64,000 nt of DNA from Isoptericola halotolerans (GCF_013149785.1 NZ_JABEZU010000001.1:124001-188000); one strand, 5' to 3'; positions 1 through 9,829 are shown, counted from the stretch's first letter. Notes: generated from the letters alone by a model not told the origin. Program-made: numbers and translations.

Positions 1-102
1 TGCCGGCCGACCCGGCGGACGGTCCGGTGCTGCTGTGCTCGGAGCCGGACGCGCTGCCGGGCGAGAGCCGGGTGGAGGCGACCGAGGTGCGCGACCTGCT
101 GC

Positions 103-1320
103 TCAGGCTGTCGCGGCAGCCGAGCCCGGTGCGGTGAGGGAGCCCGGTGCGGTGGCCTCCCTGACCAGCAGGGACGGTTCGGCGAACGCGTGCTCGACGG
201 CGGCGTGGGCACCCCCGAGCACGCCCGCCCGTGCTCCGGCGAGGCTGGTGACGACCCGCAGGTGCTGGGTCGCCAGCGGCAGCGAGCGGGAGTAGACGAC
301 CTCGCGGATCCCGGCGATCAGGTGCTCGCCGGCCCGGGACATGGATCCGCCGATGACGATGGCGGACGGGTTGAGCAGGCTGACGCAGCCGGCCAGGACG
401 GCGCCGATCGAGCGGCCGGCGTCGCGGACGGCTGCGGCGGCGCGCAGGTCGCCGTGGCGGACCAGCTCGACGACGTCGCTGGTGGTCCGGGCGGGGACGC
501 CTCGCTCGGTGAGCCGGGCCGCGACGGCCGCGCCGCCGGCGATCGCCTCGAGACAGCCGGTGTTGCCGCAGGTGCACCGCACGGGCTCGGCACCGGGGAC
601 GGCGATGTGGCCGAGGTCCCCGGCGCTGCCCTGGGCGCCTCGGTGGATGCGGCCCTCGGCGACGATCCCCGAGCCGATGCCGGTCGCCACCTTGACGAAC
701 AGCAGGTGGCCGACGTCGGGCAGGGCGGTGGCGTGCTCGCCCAGGGCCATGAGGTTGACGTCGTTGTCGACCAGGACGGCGACGTCGCCGAGGCGGTGTC
801 GGAGCGCTCCCACGACGTCGCTGCCGTCCCAGCCGGGCATGATCGGCGGTTTCGTCGGCCGCCCGGTGGCGTGGTCGACGGGGCCGGGGAGCCCGACGCC
901 GACGCCGACGACGTCGCTCAGGGGGCGGCCGAGGTCGCCGGCGAGCCGGCTCACGAGGGCGGCGACACGGTCGAGGACGACGTCCGGCCCGTCGGCGATG
1001 CTCAGCGACTCCAGGTGTCCGGCGAGCTCTCGGCCGGCGAGGTCGGTGAGCGCGACCCGCGCGTGGGTGGCGCCGAGGTCGACACCCGCGACCAGGCGGG
1101 CGCCGGGGGAGAGCGCGAACATCGCGGCGGGGCGGCCGCCGGTGGACTCGGCGCCTCCGACGGGGGCCACCAGGCCGAGTCGCAGCAGCTCGTCGATGCG
1201 CGTCGCGATGGTGGACCGGGAGAGCCCCGCGGTCCGGGCGAGCTCCGCGCGGGTGCGATACCGCCCGTCACGCAGCAGGTGCAGGACGGCACCGAGCTCG
1301 GGTGCCGGAACGGTGGCCAT
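103..1320 (-). CDS. ROK family transcriptional regulator
   Basis: N-terminal HTH (TRAELARTAGLSRSTI), GGRP motif, VDNDVN, GxGIGSG, and the ROK zinc motif GDLGH...CTCGNTGCLE; ATG at 1320 chosen over 1332. Confidence 0.92.
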   Translation of the reverse strand: MATVPAPELGAVLHLLRDGRYRTRAELARTAGLSRSTIATRIDELLRLGLVAPVGGAESTGGRPAAMFALSPGARLVAGVDLGATHARVALTDLAGRELAGHLESLSIADGPDVVLDRVAALVSRLAGDLGRPLSDVVGVGVGLPGPVDHATGRPTKPPIMPGWDGSDVVGALRHRLGDVAVLVDNDVNLMALGEHATALPDVGHLLFVKVATGIGSGIVAEGRIHRGAQGSAGDLGHIAVPGAEPVRCTCGNTGCLEAIAGGAAVAARLTERGVPARTTSDVVELVRHGDLRAAAAVRDAGRSIGAVLAGCVSLLNPSAIVIGGSMSRAGEHLIAGIREVVYSRSLPLATQHLRVVTSLAGARAGVLGGAHAAVEHAFAEPSLLVREATAPGSLTAPGSAAATA

Positions 1321-1379
1321 CCTCCGAGTCAACCACAGTTCAGGTAGGCGCTGCAGGAAGTTGTGGCTCTGATCGCCAT

Positions 1380-1414
1380 CTTTTGCTTGACGGATGGCAG
1401 AAGTGGGCTAGGGT
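1380..1414 (+). promoter_or_regulatory. Putative sigma70 promoter overlapped by an inverted repeat (candidate ROK operator)
   Basis: CTTTTGC-N10-GCAGAAG imperfect inverted repeat containing TTGACG (1387-1392); TAGGGT at 1409-1414 with a 16-bp spacer; lies between the divergent ROK and dehydrogenase genes. Confidence 0.5.
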
Positions 1415-1731
1415 CGTGCCATGGTCAGGGAGGACCCCGCAGCACTGTCGCTGCCGAACAGACATCGCGAGCCCGGATGGCCGGGTGTCGCGACTCATCG
1501 CGGGTGGACGGGCACCGTCCGCGACGCGTCGAGCCCCACGGAGCGCAGGGCGCACCCCGGTGACGGGTGTCAGGGCTCGATGCCCGTCACCACCTCCCGC
1601 AGCACGGGACGGCAGTCCGTCCGCTGCGGGTCCCGGACGTGAGGAACCCCGCCAGGACCCGGTTCCGTCGTGCCAGCGACGGGGGTGCACGGCGGGGCAC
1701 TCACGCACCTCATCCACAGAAGGGAAGTGCG

Positions 1732-4700
1732 ATGGTCAAGTCTAGACGTCCACGGTTCACCGTGGCGCTGGCGGCGGTGTTCGCGCTGGCACTGCCAGCG
1801 GTGGCCGCGGCCCACGACGGCGTCGATCACGGCGCGGAGGAGGGCGCCGACGCGGCGCTCGACTGGTCGAACTACGAGAAGATCCTGCTCACCAAGGACG
1901 TGGGCGAGCCCATCGGGCTCTCGGTCATGCCGGACGGCAGCGTGCTCCACAGCGCGCGCACCGGCGAGATCCGGCACACCGACCCGTCGACCGGCGTCAC
2001 GCGCGTGACGAACACGATCGACGTGTACGCCAACTCCGAGGACGGCATGCAGGGCCTCGCCCTGGCTCCGGACTTCGAGGAGACCGGCTGGGTCTACCTC
2101 TTCTACGCACCGCGGGTGATGGAGGGCGACGCCTACCCGACCACGACGCCCACCGGCTCCGCACCCAACCAGCTGCCGGCCGGTGAGGACGAGTCCTACT
2201 GGGACCGGTGGCTCGGCTACAACCAGCTCACCCGCGCGCAGTGGGACGCCGACGCCGGTGCGCTCGACCTGAGCACCGAGCAGAAGATCCTCGAGGTCGA
2301 GGTGCAGCGCGGGCAGTGCTGCCACGTCGGCGGAGACATCGACTTCGACGCCGACGGCAACGTGTACCTCGCCACCGGGGACAACACCCCGGCAGGTACA
2401 CCGGGTGCCAACGGGTACGCGCCGAACAACAACGCACCGCGCATGAACCCCGGCTTCGACGCCCGGCGCGGCGCCGGCAGCACCAACGACCTGCGCGGCG
2501 CGATCCTGCGGATCAGCGTCGAGGAGGACGGCAGCTACACCATCCCCGAGGGCAACCTCTTCGAGCCGGGGACGGAGGCGACGCGGCCCGAGATCTTCGC
2601 GATGGGCCTGCGCAACCCCTTCCGCATGAACGTCGACGAGGTCACCGGCGCGGTGAGCTGGGGCGAGTACGGCCCGGACGCGGGGACCGCCGACCCGGAC
2701 CGCGGACCGATGGGCTACGTGGAGTGGCAGAGCACCACGGTGCCGCTCAACGGCGGCTGGCCGTTCTGCCACGGACCGAACACCAACTACAACGACTGGG
2801 ACTTCGCGACCTCCACTCCCGGTGACTGGTTCGACTGCGACGCCGGTGCCGTGAACACCTCGACGTGGAACACCGGTCTCGAGGTCCTGCCGCCCGCGAC
2901 CGCACCGCAGGTCTACTACGGCGACAACCCGGGGGACCAGCCGTTCGACGAGTTCGTGGAGTTCGAGGCGCGGGGTGGCCAGGGTCCGATGGGCGGGCCG
3001 GCCTTCCACTTCGACCCGGACGGCCCCGACTCCCAGTGGCCCGAGTACTGGGACGGCAAGACGTTCTTCTACGAGTTCTCCCAGGACTACCTCGCCGCGC
3101 TGACCGTCCCGGACCCGGACGGCCCCGTCACGCACGTCGAGCACGTGCTGCCGAACGCCGCGCTGACCGCCAACATCCAGGAGGTGACCTCCGGTCCGAT
3201 CGACATGGAGTTCGGCCCGGACGGATCGATGTACCTGCTCGACTACGGCAAGGGCTTCTTCCGGCAGAACCCGGAGGCGGGTCTGTACCGCATCGACTAC
3301 GCCGAGGGGAACAAGACCCCGACCGCCCGGATCGCGGTCGACCAGGACTCCTCCTCCGAGGCGCCCCTGACCGTGACGCTGGACGGCTCCGGCTCGACCG
3401 ACCCCGAGGGTGAGGCGCTCACCTACGAGTGGGACCTCAACGGTGACGGCACGTTCGACGAGACCGGCGTCGAGGTCACCACCACCTACACCGAGCTCGG
3501 CCAGTACACGGTCCGGTTGCGGGTCACCGACCCTGGTGGGCGGTTCGGCCTCACGTCGCGGGCGATCACCGTCGGCAACATGGCGCCGACGCTCACCGCG
3601 GAGGCTCCGGCCGACGGCGGGTTCTTCGCGTGGGGCGACGCCGTGCCGTACACGTTCAGCACCACCGACCCCGAGGACGGGGACGAGACGGTGTGCTCGA
3701 ACCTGTCGTGGACGTTCGGGCTCGGGCACGACGACCACGCCCACCCCGAGGTGCTCGGCAGCGGGTGCTCCGGTGCCTGGGCCACGCCGGTGGACGCCCC
3801 GGAGCACGGCGAGACCGAGAAGCTGTTCGGCGTCGTCGTCGCGACCTACACCGACCAGGGCAACGGCGACATCCCGCCGGCACAGGCCGAGGTCTCCCTC
3901 GTCCTCAACACGTTCGTCCAGGAGGCGCAGCACGCCGACACCCTGCAGGGCGTCGAGGTCGTCCAGGACGCGACGGCGGGTGGCCTGTCCAAGGTCACGT
4001 CGTTCGACCCCGGTGACCACCTCGCCTGGGACCCGGTGAACTTCACCGGGATCGACGGTCTCGAGGTCCGCGGCGCGGGCACCGGCACCATCGAGCTGCG
4101 CTGGGGCGCGGCCGACGCCGAGCCGTTCGCCACGGCGGACCTGGACTCCACGGACTGGTCCACGGTGACCGCGGACGTGACCGCGTTCCCCGAGGGCACC
4201 GGCGAGCTGTTCGTCACCTCCACCGGCGGCGTCGAGCTCGACACGCTGGTCTTCGACGGCCCGGGCGTCACCGACGTCACCCCGCCGGAGGTCACGGCCA
4301 CGCTCGACCCGGCCGAGCCGACGGGTGAGAACGGCTGGTACACCGGCCCGGTCACGCTGCGGCTCGCGGCGACGGACGACGGCCAGGTCGGCGACGGCGA
4401 GGTCTCGTACGACGACGGCGAGACCTGGCAGAGCGTGCGGCACCCGTGGACGGGGGCGCTCCAGCCGGTCACCCTCTCGGAGGACGGCGTGCACGAGGTG
4501 CTCTACCGCGCGACCGACACCGGGGGCAACGTCTCCGAGGTCGGGACGGTGACCGTGCCGATCGACGCCACGGCGCCCGAGGTGGCGGTGAGCGGCGTCG
4601 AGGACGGCGACGAGCCGGGCTCGTCGCAGACCCTCGAGATCGACCTCGAGGCGACCGACGCGACGTCGGGCGTGGCGTCGTCGGGCCTCACGCTCGACGG

Positions 4701-5049
4701 TGAGCCGGTCGCGGCCGGCGCGCTCGACCTGTGGTCGATCGATCTCGGCGAGCACGAGCTCGTCGCGACCGCCACGGACGAGGCCGGGCACACGACTGAG
4801 GTGACCGTGACGTTCACGGTGACCACCTCGTTCGCCGACCTCGGCGTCCACGTCCAGCGGCTCGCCGACGAAGGTTCCCTCAGCCGGCCGGAGGTGGCAC
4901 GGCTCGATGCCGCGCTCACCCAGGCCGAGCGGCACGCCGACGCGGGTCGCGTCGCCCAGGCGCTCCGCGCGCTCGAGCGGTTCTCCGCCGCCACCGACGA
5001 GGAGGTGCTGATCCGCGACGCCGAGGCGCTCGCGACCCAGCTCGGCTGA
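1732..5049 (+). CDS. Secreted glucose/sorbosone (PQQ-type) dehydrogenase-family protein with PKD, CBM6-like and Ig-like domains
   Basis: Signal peptide (AVAAA); QCCHVGG, GDN, DLRGAILRI and MGLRNPFR motifs typical of GSDH beta-propellers; PKD (LDGSGSTDPEG..YEWD); Ig-like repeats (GENGWY, YRATD.GGN); RBS GAAGGGAA. Confidence 0.85.
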   Translation: MVKSRRPRFTVALAAVFALALPAVAAAHDGVDHGAEEGADAALDWSNYEKILLTKDVGEPIGLSVMPDGSVLHSARTGEIRHTDPSTGVTRVTNTIDVYANSEDGMQGLALAPDFEETGWVYLFYAPRVMEGDAYPTTTPTGSAPNQLPAGEDESYWDRWLGYNQLTRAQWDADAGALDLSTEQKILEVEVQRGQCCHVGGDIDFDADGNVYLATGDNTPAGTPGANGYAPNNNAPRMNPGFDARRGAGSTNDLRGAILRISVEEDGSYTIPEGNLFEPGTEATRPEIFAMGLRNPFRMNVDEVTGAVSWGEYGPDAGTADPDRGPMGYVEWQSTTVPLNGGWPFCHGPNTNYNDWDFATSTPGDWFDCDAGAVNTSTWNTGLEVLPPATAPQVYYGDNPGDQPFDEFVEFEARGGQGPMGGPAFHFDPDGPDSQWPEYWDGKTFFYEFSQDYLAALTVPDPDGPVTHVEHVLPNAALTANIQEVTSGPIDMEFGPDGSMYLLDYGKGFFRQNPEAGLYRIDYAEGNKTPTARIAVDQDSSSEAPLTVTLDGSGSTDPEGEALTYEWDLNGDGTFDETGVEVTTTYTELGQYTVRLRVTDPGGRFGLTSRAITVGNMAPTLTAEAPADGGFFAWGDAVPYTFSTTDPEDGDETVCSNLSWTFGLGHDDHAHPEVLGSGCSGAWATPVDAPEHGETEKLFGVVVATYTDQGNGDIPPAQAEVSLVLNTFVQEAQHADTLQGVEVVQDATAGGLSKVTSFDPGDHLAWDPVNFTGIDGLEVRGAGTGTIELRWGAADAEPFATADLDSTDWSTVTADVTAFPEGTGELFVTSTGGVELDTLVFDGPGVTDVTPPEVTATLDPAEPTGENGWYTGPVTLRLAATDDGQVGDGEVSYDDGETWQSVRHPWTGALQPVTLSEDGVHEVLYRATDTGGNVSEVGTVTVPIDATAPEVAVSGVEDGDEPGSSQTLEIDLEATDATSGVASSGLTLDGEPVAAGALDLWSIDLGEHELVATATDEAGHTTEVTVTFTVTTSFADLGVHVQRLADEGSLSRPEVARLDAALTQAERHADAGRVAQALRALERFSAATDEEVLIRDAEALATQLG

Positions 5050-5053
5050 TCCA

Positions 5054-5084
5054 CCTGGTGGGGCGCGTCCCGCGCCCCACCAGG
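5054..5084 (+). terminator. Intercistronic stem-loop
   Basis: Perfect 14-bp stem CCTGGTGGGGCGCG / CGCGCCCCACCAGG just after the stop codon. Confidence 0.65.
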
Positions 5085-5148
5085 ACGCCACGTGTGGCGT
5101 CCGTCAGACCCTGCGACACAGAGGTCGCAGTCGACCCAGGAGGTTCCT

Positions 5149-6087
5149 GTGAAGCGCACGACCATTCTCCGCCGTCTGGCCGCTGGTGCGGCCACCGCCG
5201 CGCTGCTGGCCGGCGGTGCCGCGACCGCCACGTCGGCGACCGCCGCGCCGAGCGACAAGGCGAGCGACAAGGCGAGCTCCGCCGCGCAGTGCGCGGGGCG
5301 GGGCGTCCCGGCCAGCAAGATCTCGATCCAGCTCTTCTCCTACTGGGGGTGGCAGAACCAGATCGGCGTCGAGGGGCTGCTCGAGGAGCTCGCCGACATC
5401 GGCTACAAGAACGTCGAGCCGTTCGGTGCCTCCTACGGCAGCTACTCGCCCTCGGAGTACCGCGACCTGCTGAAGTCGTACAAGCTGAAGAGCCCCACGG
5501 CCCACGGCAGCACCGACGAGGCGACCTTCGACCAGACCCTGGCCGACGCCAAGGACCGCGGACAGAAGTACGTCGGTTCGGGCGGCTTCGCCTCGCCGGG
5601 CATCGGCAGCTACGAGAACGTGCTGGCCACCGCCGAGACGATGAACCGTCTCGGCGAGCGCTCGGTGAAGAACGGCACGGGCAAGTTCTTCGGCCACAAC
5701 CACCAGTCGGAGTTCACGACCACCTACACCGACCCCGCCACGGGCGAGACGAAGAGCGCGTGGGAGATCCTCGTCGAGAACACCGACCCGCGGTACGTCA
5801 CGTTCCAGCTCGACGTGTTCTGGGCCGCCGACGCCGGCGTGGACGTCGTCGACCTGATCAAGAAGCACAAGAAGCGCATCGAGCTGCTCCACATCAAGGA
5901 CGGCGACCTGAACGGCGACGCCCGGGGCATCCCCGGCAACGTCGGCCAGGGTGACATCGAGTGGGAGCCGATCCTGCAGGCGGCCCACGGCAGCGTGAAG
6001 TACTACGTGGTCGAGCGGGACGGCGCGCCGGCGAACGCCGACTTCGCCCAGGAGAGCTTCGACTACCTCACCTGCGTCACGTACTGA
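5149..6087 (+). CDS. Exported sugar phosphate isomerase/epimerase (IolE/XylA-like TIM barrel)
   Basis: SIQLFS, HNHQSEF, QLDVFW, LHIKD, VGQGDI and VERD metal-binding motifs; N-terminal RR plus hydrophobic signal; RBS AGGAGG before GTG. Confidence 0.85.
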   Translation: MKRTTILRRLAAGAATAALLAGGAATATSATAAPSDKASDKASSAAQCAGRGVPASKISIQLFSYWGWQNQIGVEGLLEELADIGYKNVEPFGASYGSYSPSEYRDLLKSYKLKSPTAHGSTDEATFDQTLADAKDRGQKYVGSGGFASPGIGSYENVLATAETMNRLGERSVKNGTGKFFGHNHQSEFTTTYTDPATGETKSAWEILVENTDPRYVTFQLDVFWAADAGVDVVDLIKKHKKRIELLHIKDGDLNGDARGIPGNVGQGDIEWEPILQAAHGSVKYYVVERDGAPANADFAQESFDYLTCVTY

Positions 6088-6132
6088 CCACGTCCGCCGA
6101 CCCAACGGTCCGGAGGTAGCGAGCAGCAGGAT

Positions 6133-6174
6133 CAGGAGGCCCTGACGGTCCCGCAGGACCGTCAGGGCCTCCTG
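6133..6174 (+). terminator. Intrinsic terminator-like hairpin
   Basis: Perfect 19-bp stem CAGGAGGCCCTGACGGTCC-cgca-GGACCGTCAGGGCCTCCTG. Confidence 0.8.
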
Positions 6175-6303
6175 TCGTCCGTGCGGGTGGAATACGTCCT
6201 CCGGTGACCGGGTTGCCAACGGACGAGCACCAGCCCCGATCGAAGGACAGCGCACATCCACCCCACCCGGTCCCGCACCACCCTGCCCGCCGTCCGCGAG
6301 GAG

Positions 6304-6765
6304 ATGCCCATGCCCCGCCCCGGACTCGACGCCCTCGCGGCCCTGCCCGTCGCCCAGCTCCTCACGAACGACGCCGGTCCCGCCACCCCGGCCTGGGTCG
6401 TGTCCGTGGGCCGTGAGCTCTACGTGCGGCCCGGCCCCGGCGGGGAGGCGCTCGGGCTCGGCGGCGGACGGGCGCGTGTACGGACCGCGGACGGCGTGCA
6501 CCACGTGACGCTCGCCGAGGTGGCGCCGGAGGTCCATGCGGTCCTCGACGACGCCTACCGGGCCAAGTACGGACGTTGCGGCCCGGAGAAGGTCTCGGCC
6601 CTGGTCTCCGACGTCGCGGCGGCGGCGACCTTCCGGCTCGGATCCCGGCGCCCCTCGCTGTGGGAGCGCACGGTGCCGCTGCTGGACAGGGCGGCGACCT
6701 GGTGGGAGCGGGTGCGCGCGCCGCGCGGTGCCCGGGCCACCCGGGTGCCCTGCCCGAGCTGCTGA
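6304..6765 (+). CDS. DUF2255-like protein (split-barrel fold)
   Basis: WVVSVGRELYVR and LDDAYRAKYG motifs; RBS GAGGAG. Confidence 0.6.
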   Translation: MPMPRPGLDALAALPVAQLLTNDAGPATPAWVVSVGRELYVRPGPGGEALGLGGGRARVRTADGVHHVTLAEVAPEVHAVLDDAYRAKYGRCGPEKVSALVSDVAAAATFRLGSRRPSLWERTVPLLDRAATWWERVRAPRGARATRVPCPSC

Positions 6766-6790
6766 GACGTCGGCAGCGCCGACCGGCCGG

Positions 6791-7936
6791 TCAGCCCGCG
6801 AGGCGCCGGACGTCGCCACGCGGCAGCCTGTCCCACCAGTGGCGGTATCGCCCGTAGACGACCGGCTCCCGCTCGGCCAGGAACGCCCGCAACGCCGCGG
6901 CCTCCGTCTCCAGCGCGGACCACGCACCCGGGGCGATCGGCTCGAACGCCGCCGCCTCGACGCCGTCGGCCGTGGCGCGCCAGACACCGACCACCCGTCC
7001 GTCCACGAGCACGGTGGGCAGCGTGTCCCCGTTGCGCCGGATGACGTGCGACCGGTGCTCGTCGGCGATGACGCGGCGCCGGTCCCGGTGCGCGAGCACG
7101 ATGCTCTCCCACATGCCGAGGAGCCGCGGAGGGACCGGCGTGCCGGGGTCCGGGCGAGGGGCATCGGGCAGGTCGAGCAGCTCGGCGCCCCCCGGCCCCT
7201 CCACGACCACGAGCTCGTCGCGCAGGGCCGCGACGGCGGGGCCGGTGAACCTCCGACGCAGCATCGTGAACTGCGCGAAGTCCGCCTCCGACGCCGGCCC
7301 GAACGCGGCGAGGTAGCGCCGCAGCAGGTGCACGGTGGCGGGGTCGTCGCCCGGTGGGGCGCTGTCGGGCGCGGTCGGGGCTCCGGCCCGGTAACGGCGG
7401 GCCCGTGGCGAGTAGGACCACGGGGGCCCGGTCGGCACGTGGTGCAGGGGTGCCAGGGTGCGCAGCGCGAACCAGGCCGCCGGTGCGCGCTCGCCGTCGA
7501 GGACCCGGGCGAGCTCCGCGAGGATCTCGTCCTGCGTCCGCGGCTCGGCGGCGAACGCCAGCAGCGTGTCACGGACCTCGTCGGCCTCCGCCGTCGTGAG
7601 CCGTGCCGGGGCGAACCGCCGGTCGCCCAGCCGCGAGCGTCGCAACGGGTCGGTGACGGCGCGGTGGAACGGTGCCCAGTCCTCGCGGTGGACGGCGTGC
7701 AGGGTGATGCGCATCAGCGTGGCGCGCACGACATCGCCGTCGGCGAAGGCTCGGTCGAGCTCGGCCGGGTCGAACCCCGCCACCCGGTTCCAGAGCGCGA
7801 GGTACGGCGACGCCGGCTCCTGCGCCTGGAGCGCCCCGACCCGCCGCACCGCGTCCGGCACCGCCACCTCCTCGCGGGCGAGCAGGAGCTGGCGGGCGAG
7901 GGTCGCGCGACCGAGCGCGGCGTCGGTCAGGCGCAC
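6791..7936 (-). CDS. HTH_42 winged-helix DNA glycosylase, AlkZ-like
   Basis: RATLARQLLL, LQAQ catalytic motif, LWNRV, TLMRITLH, and VLVDGRVVGVW. Confidence 0.85.
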   Translation of the reverse strand: MRLTDAALGRATLARQLLLAREEVAVPDAVRRVGALQAQEPASPYLALWNRVAGFDPAELDRAFADGDVVRATLMRITLHAVHREDWAPFHRAVTDPLRRSRLGDRRFAPARLTTAEADEVRDTLLAFAAEPRTQDEILAELARVLDGERAPAAWFALRTLAPLHHVPTGPPWSYSPRARRYRAGAPTAPDSAPPGDDPATVHLLRRYLAAFGPASEADFAQFTMLRRRFTGPAVAALRDELVVVEGPGGAELLDLPDAPRPDPGTPVPPRLLGMWESIVLAHRDRRRVIADEHRSHVIRRNGDTLPTVLVDGRVVGVWRATADGVEAAAFEPIAPGAWSALETEAAALRAFLAEREPVVYGRYRHWWDRLPRGDVRRLAG

Positions 7937-8005
7937 ACCCCGAGCATGGCGCCCGCCCGCCGGGCCGGCAAGACCTGGGACGACGGTGCCACGCGGGTCC
8001 CGCCG

Positions 8006-9829
8006 TCAGGGCCGCTCGGCGGCCGGGCCGTCGGTGCCCAGGGCCTCCAGCGCGGCGATGAGCGTCGCGGCGTCGTGGGGTCCGAGGTGCCGGGTGCCGT
8101 CCAGGAAGAACGTCGGTGTCCCGCGGGCGCCGCTGGCCGCGGCACTGACGGCATGGTCCCGGACACGGGCGTGCAGCGCCTCGTCGCCGAGGTCGGCGTC
8201 GAACTGGTCCAGGTCGAGCCCGACCGCGGCGGCGTGCCGGCGCAGGTCCTCGGCCTCGAGCTCGGACTGGTGGGCGAACAACCGGTCGTGCATCTCCCAG
8301 AACCTGCCCTGACGGTCCGCGGCCTCGGCCGCGACGGCGGCCAGGTGCGCGTGCGGGTGGACGTCGTCCAGCGGCAGGTGCCGGACCACGTACCGGATCC
8401 GGTCGCCGAGATGGTCGCGCAGGTCGCGCCACATCCCGGTCGTCCGCGCGCAGAACGGGCACTCGAAGTCGAAGTACTCCACGACGGTGTGCGGGGCGTC
8501 GAGGTTGCCTCGTACGTGGTCGTGACGCGGGTCGACCGGCGGGTCGAGCGCCAGGGGCAGGTCCGCGCTCTCCTCGCCCCAGCGCACCCGCGCCGTGGCG
8601 AAGAGCCCCCAGGACACCACCGAGGCGACGATCAGGGCGAGCAGCACGCCGACGGTGGCGGCCTGGGCGTGCGCGGCGTCGTCGAAGGCCAGGTCGACGA
8701 CGAGCAGCGAGACGGTGAACCCGATGCCCGACAGGGCCGCGCCACCCAGCACGCTGCCGGGCCCCACGCCGTCGGGCAGGGTGCCCAGCCGTAGCCGGAG
8801 CGCCACCCAGGTGCCGACACCGACCCCGACCAGCTTGCCGAGGACCAGCCCGGCGACCACGCCCCACGTGACCGACGAGCCGAGCGCCTCGGCCAGGGCG
8901 CCGCCGCGCAGGTCGATGCCGGCGTTGGCGAGGGCGAAGAGCGGCACGACGACGAGGGTCACGGGGGACCCCAGCGCCTGGTGCAGGCGGTGGTTCACCG
9001 AGATGGAGCGCGAGAGCCCGTGCTGCACGTCGCGGGCCACGCCGGCGCTGGGGGACTGCCAGTAGGCCCGGTAGAGGGACTTGGTGCGCACGACGTCGTC
9101 ACGCCGGGTGAGCGCGGCCGGCACCAGGAGGCCGGCCAGCATCCCGGCGATCGAGGGGTGGATGCCGGCCTGCACGGTCGCACCCCAGAGCGCGACGACG
9201 ATCAGCACGTACGGCGTGCTGCGCCACTCGCGCAGGCGCCCCAGCGCCCACAGCGCACCCAGACAGGTGAGGGCGACGAGCAGCGGCCCGACGCGTACCT
9301 CGTCGGAGTAGACGACGCCGATGATCGTCACCGCGAGGAAGTCGTCCACCACGGACAGGGTGAGGAGGAAGACGCGCAGCTGGTTCGACATCGCCGGGCC
9401 GACCAGGGCGAGCACGCCCAGCAGGAACGCGGTGTCGGTGCCGACGACGACGCCCCACCCCTCGGGCGCCTCCCGGCCGGCGACCGCCAGGTAGACCAGG
9501 GCGGGGACCGCGACGCCGGCGGTGCCGGCGACGAGCGGGACCAGGCGTTGGCTGCGGCGGCGCAGCGAGCCGATCGAGAGCTCTTGGCGCACCTCGAGGC
9601 CGACGACGAAGAAGAACAGCACCATCAGCCCGTCGTTGACCCAGTGGTGCAGGTCCATGTCGAACCTCAGGTCGCCGATGTCGACGGCCACGGGCGTCTC
9701 CCACAGGTCCACGTAGAGGCTCGACAGCGGGGAGTTGGCCCAGACCAGTGCGAGCGCGGTGACGCCCAGGAGCAGCACGGCGGCGCCCGGTTCGGTGCGC
9801 AGCCGTTCGACGAGCGAGGCGCGGGACAT
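8006..9829 (-). CDS. nhaA: Na+/H+ antiporter NhaA fused to a C-terminal DsbA/thioredoxin domain
   Basis: WVNDGLMVLFFFVVGLE, TDTAF, VVDD, PLFALANAG and GIGFTVSL; C-terminal DFECPFC, RHLP and GTPTFF; RBS GGAGG. Confidence 0.92.
   Translation of the reverse strand: MSRASLVERLRTEPGAAVLLLGVTALALVWANSPLSSLYVDLWETPVAVDIGDLRFDMDLHHWVNDGLMVLFFFVVGLEVRQELSIGSLRRRSQRLVPLVAGTAGVAVPALVYLAVAGREAPEGWGVVVGTDTAFLLGVLALVGPAMSNQLRVFLLTLSVVDDFLAVTIIGVVYSDEVRVGPLLVALTCLGALWALGRLREWRSTPYVLIVVALWGATVQAGIHPSIAGMLAGLLVPAALTRRDDVVRTKSLYRAYWQSPSAGVARDVQHGLSRSISVNHRLHQALGSPVTLVVVPLFALANAGIDLRGGALAEALGSSVTWGVVAGLVLGKLVGVGVGTWVALRLRLGTLPDGVGPGSVLGGAALSGIGFTVSLLVVDLAFDDAAHAQAATVGVLLALIVASVVSWGLFATARVRWGEESADLPLALDPPVDPRHDHVRGNLDAPHTVVEYFDFECPFCARTTGMWRDLRDHLGDRIRYVVRHLPLDDVHPHAHLAAVAAEAADRQGRFWEMHDRLFAHQSELEAEDLRRHAAAVGLDLDQFDADLGDEALHARVRDHAVSAAASGARGTPTFFLDGTRHLGPHDAATLIAALEALGTDGPAAERP

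Noticed and set aside
122..154. Direct repeat GAGCCCGGTGCGGTG x2, and similar short repeats in the PepSY linker (about 57484-57515)
   Set aside because: Only two copies, in frame within low-complexity protein tails or linkers; no spacer structure, so not CRISPR.
1570..5091. 1173-aa antisense ORF and many other long overlapping ORFs (e.g. 5104-7572, 11944-14175, 13215-15863, 47398-49827)
   Set aside because: Shadow ORFs expected at very high GC. They mirror or overlap well-supported genes and give Arg/Gly/Pro-rich or antisense-typical translations without motifs.
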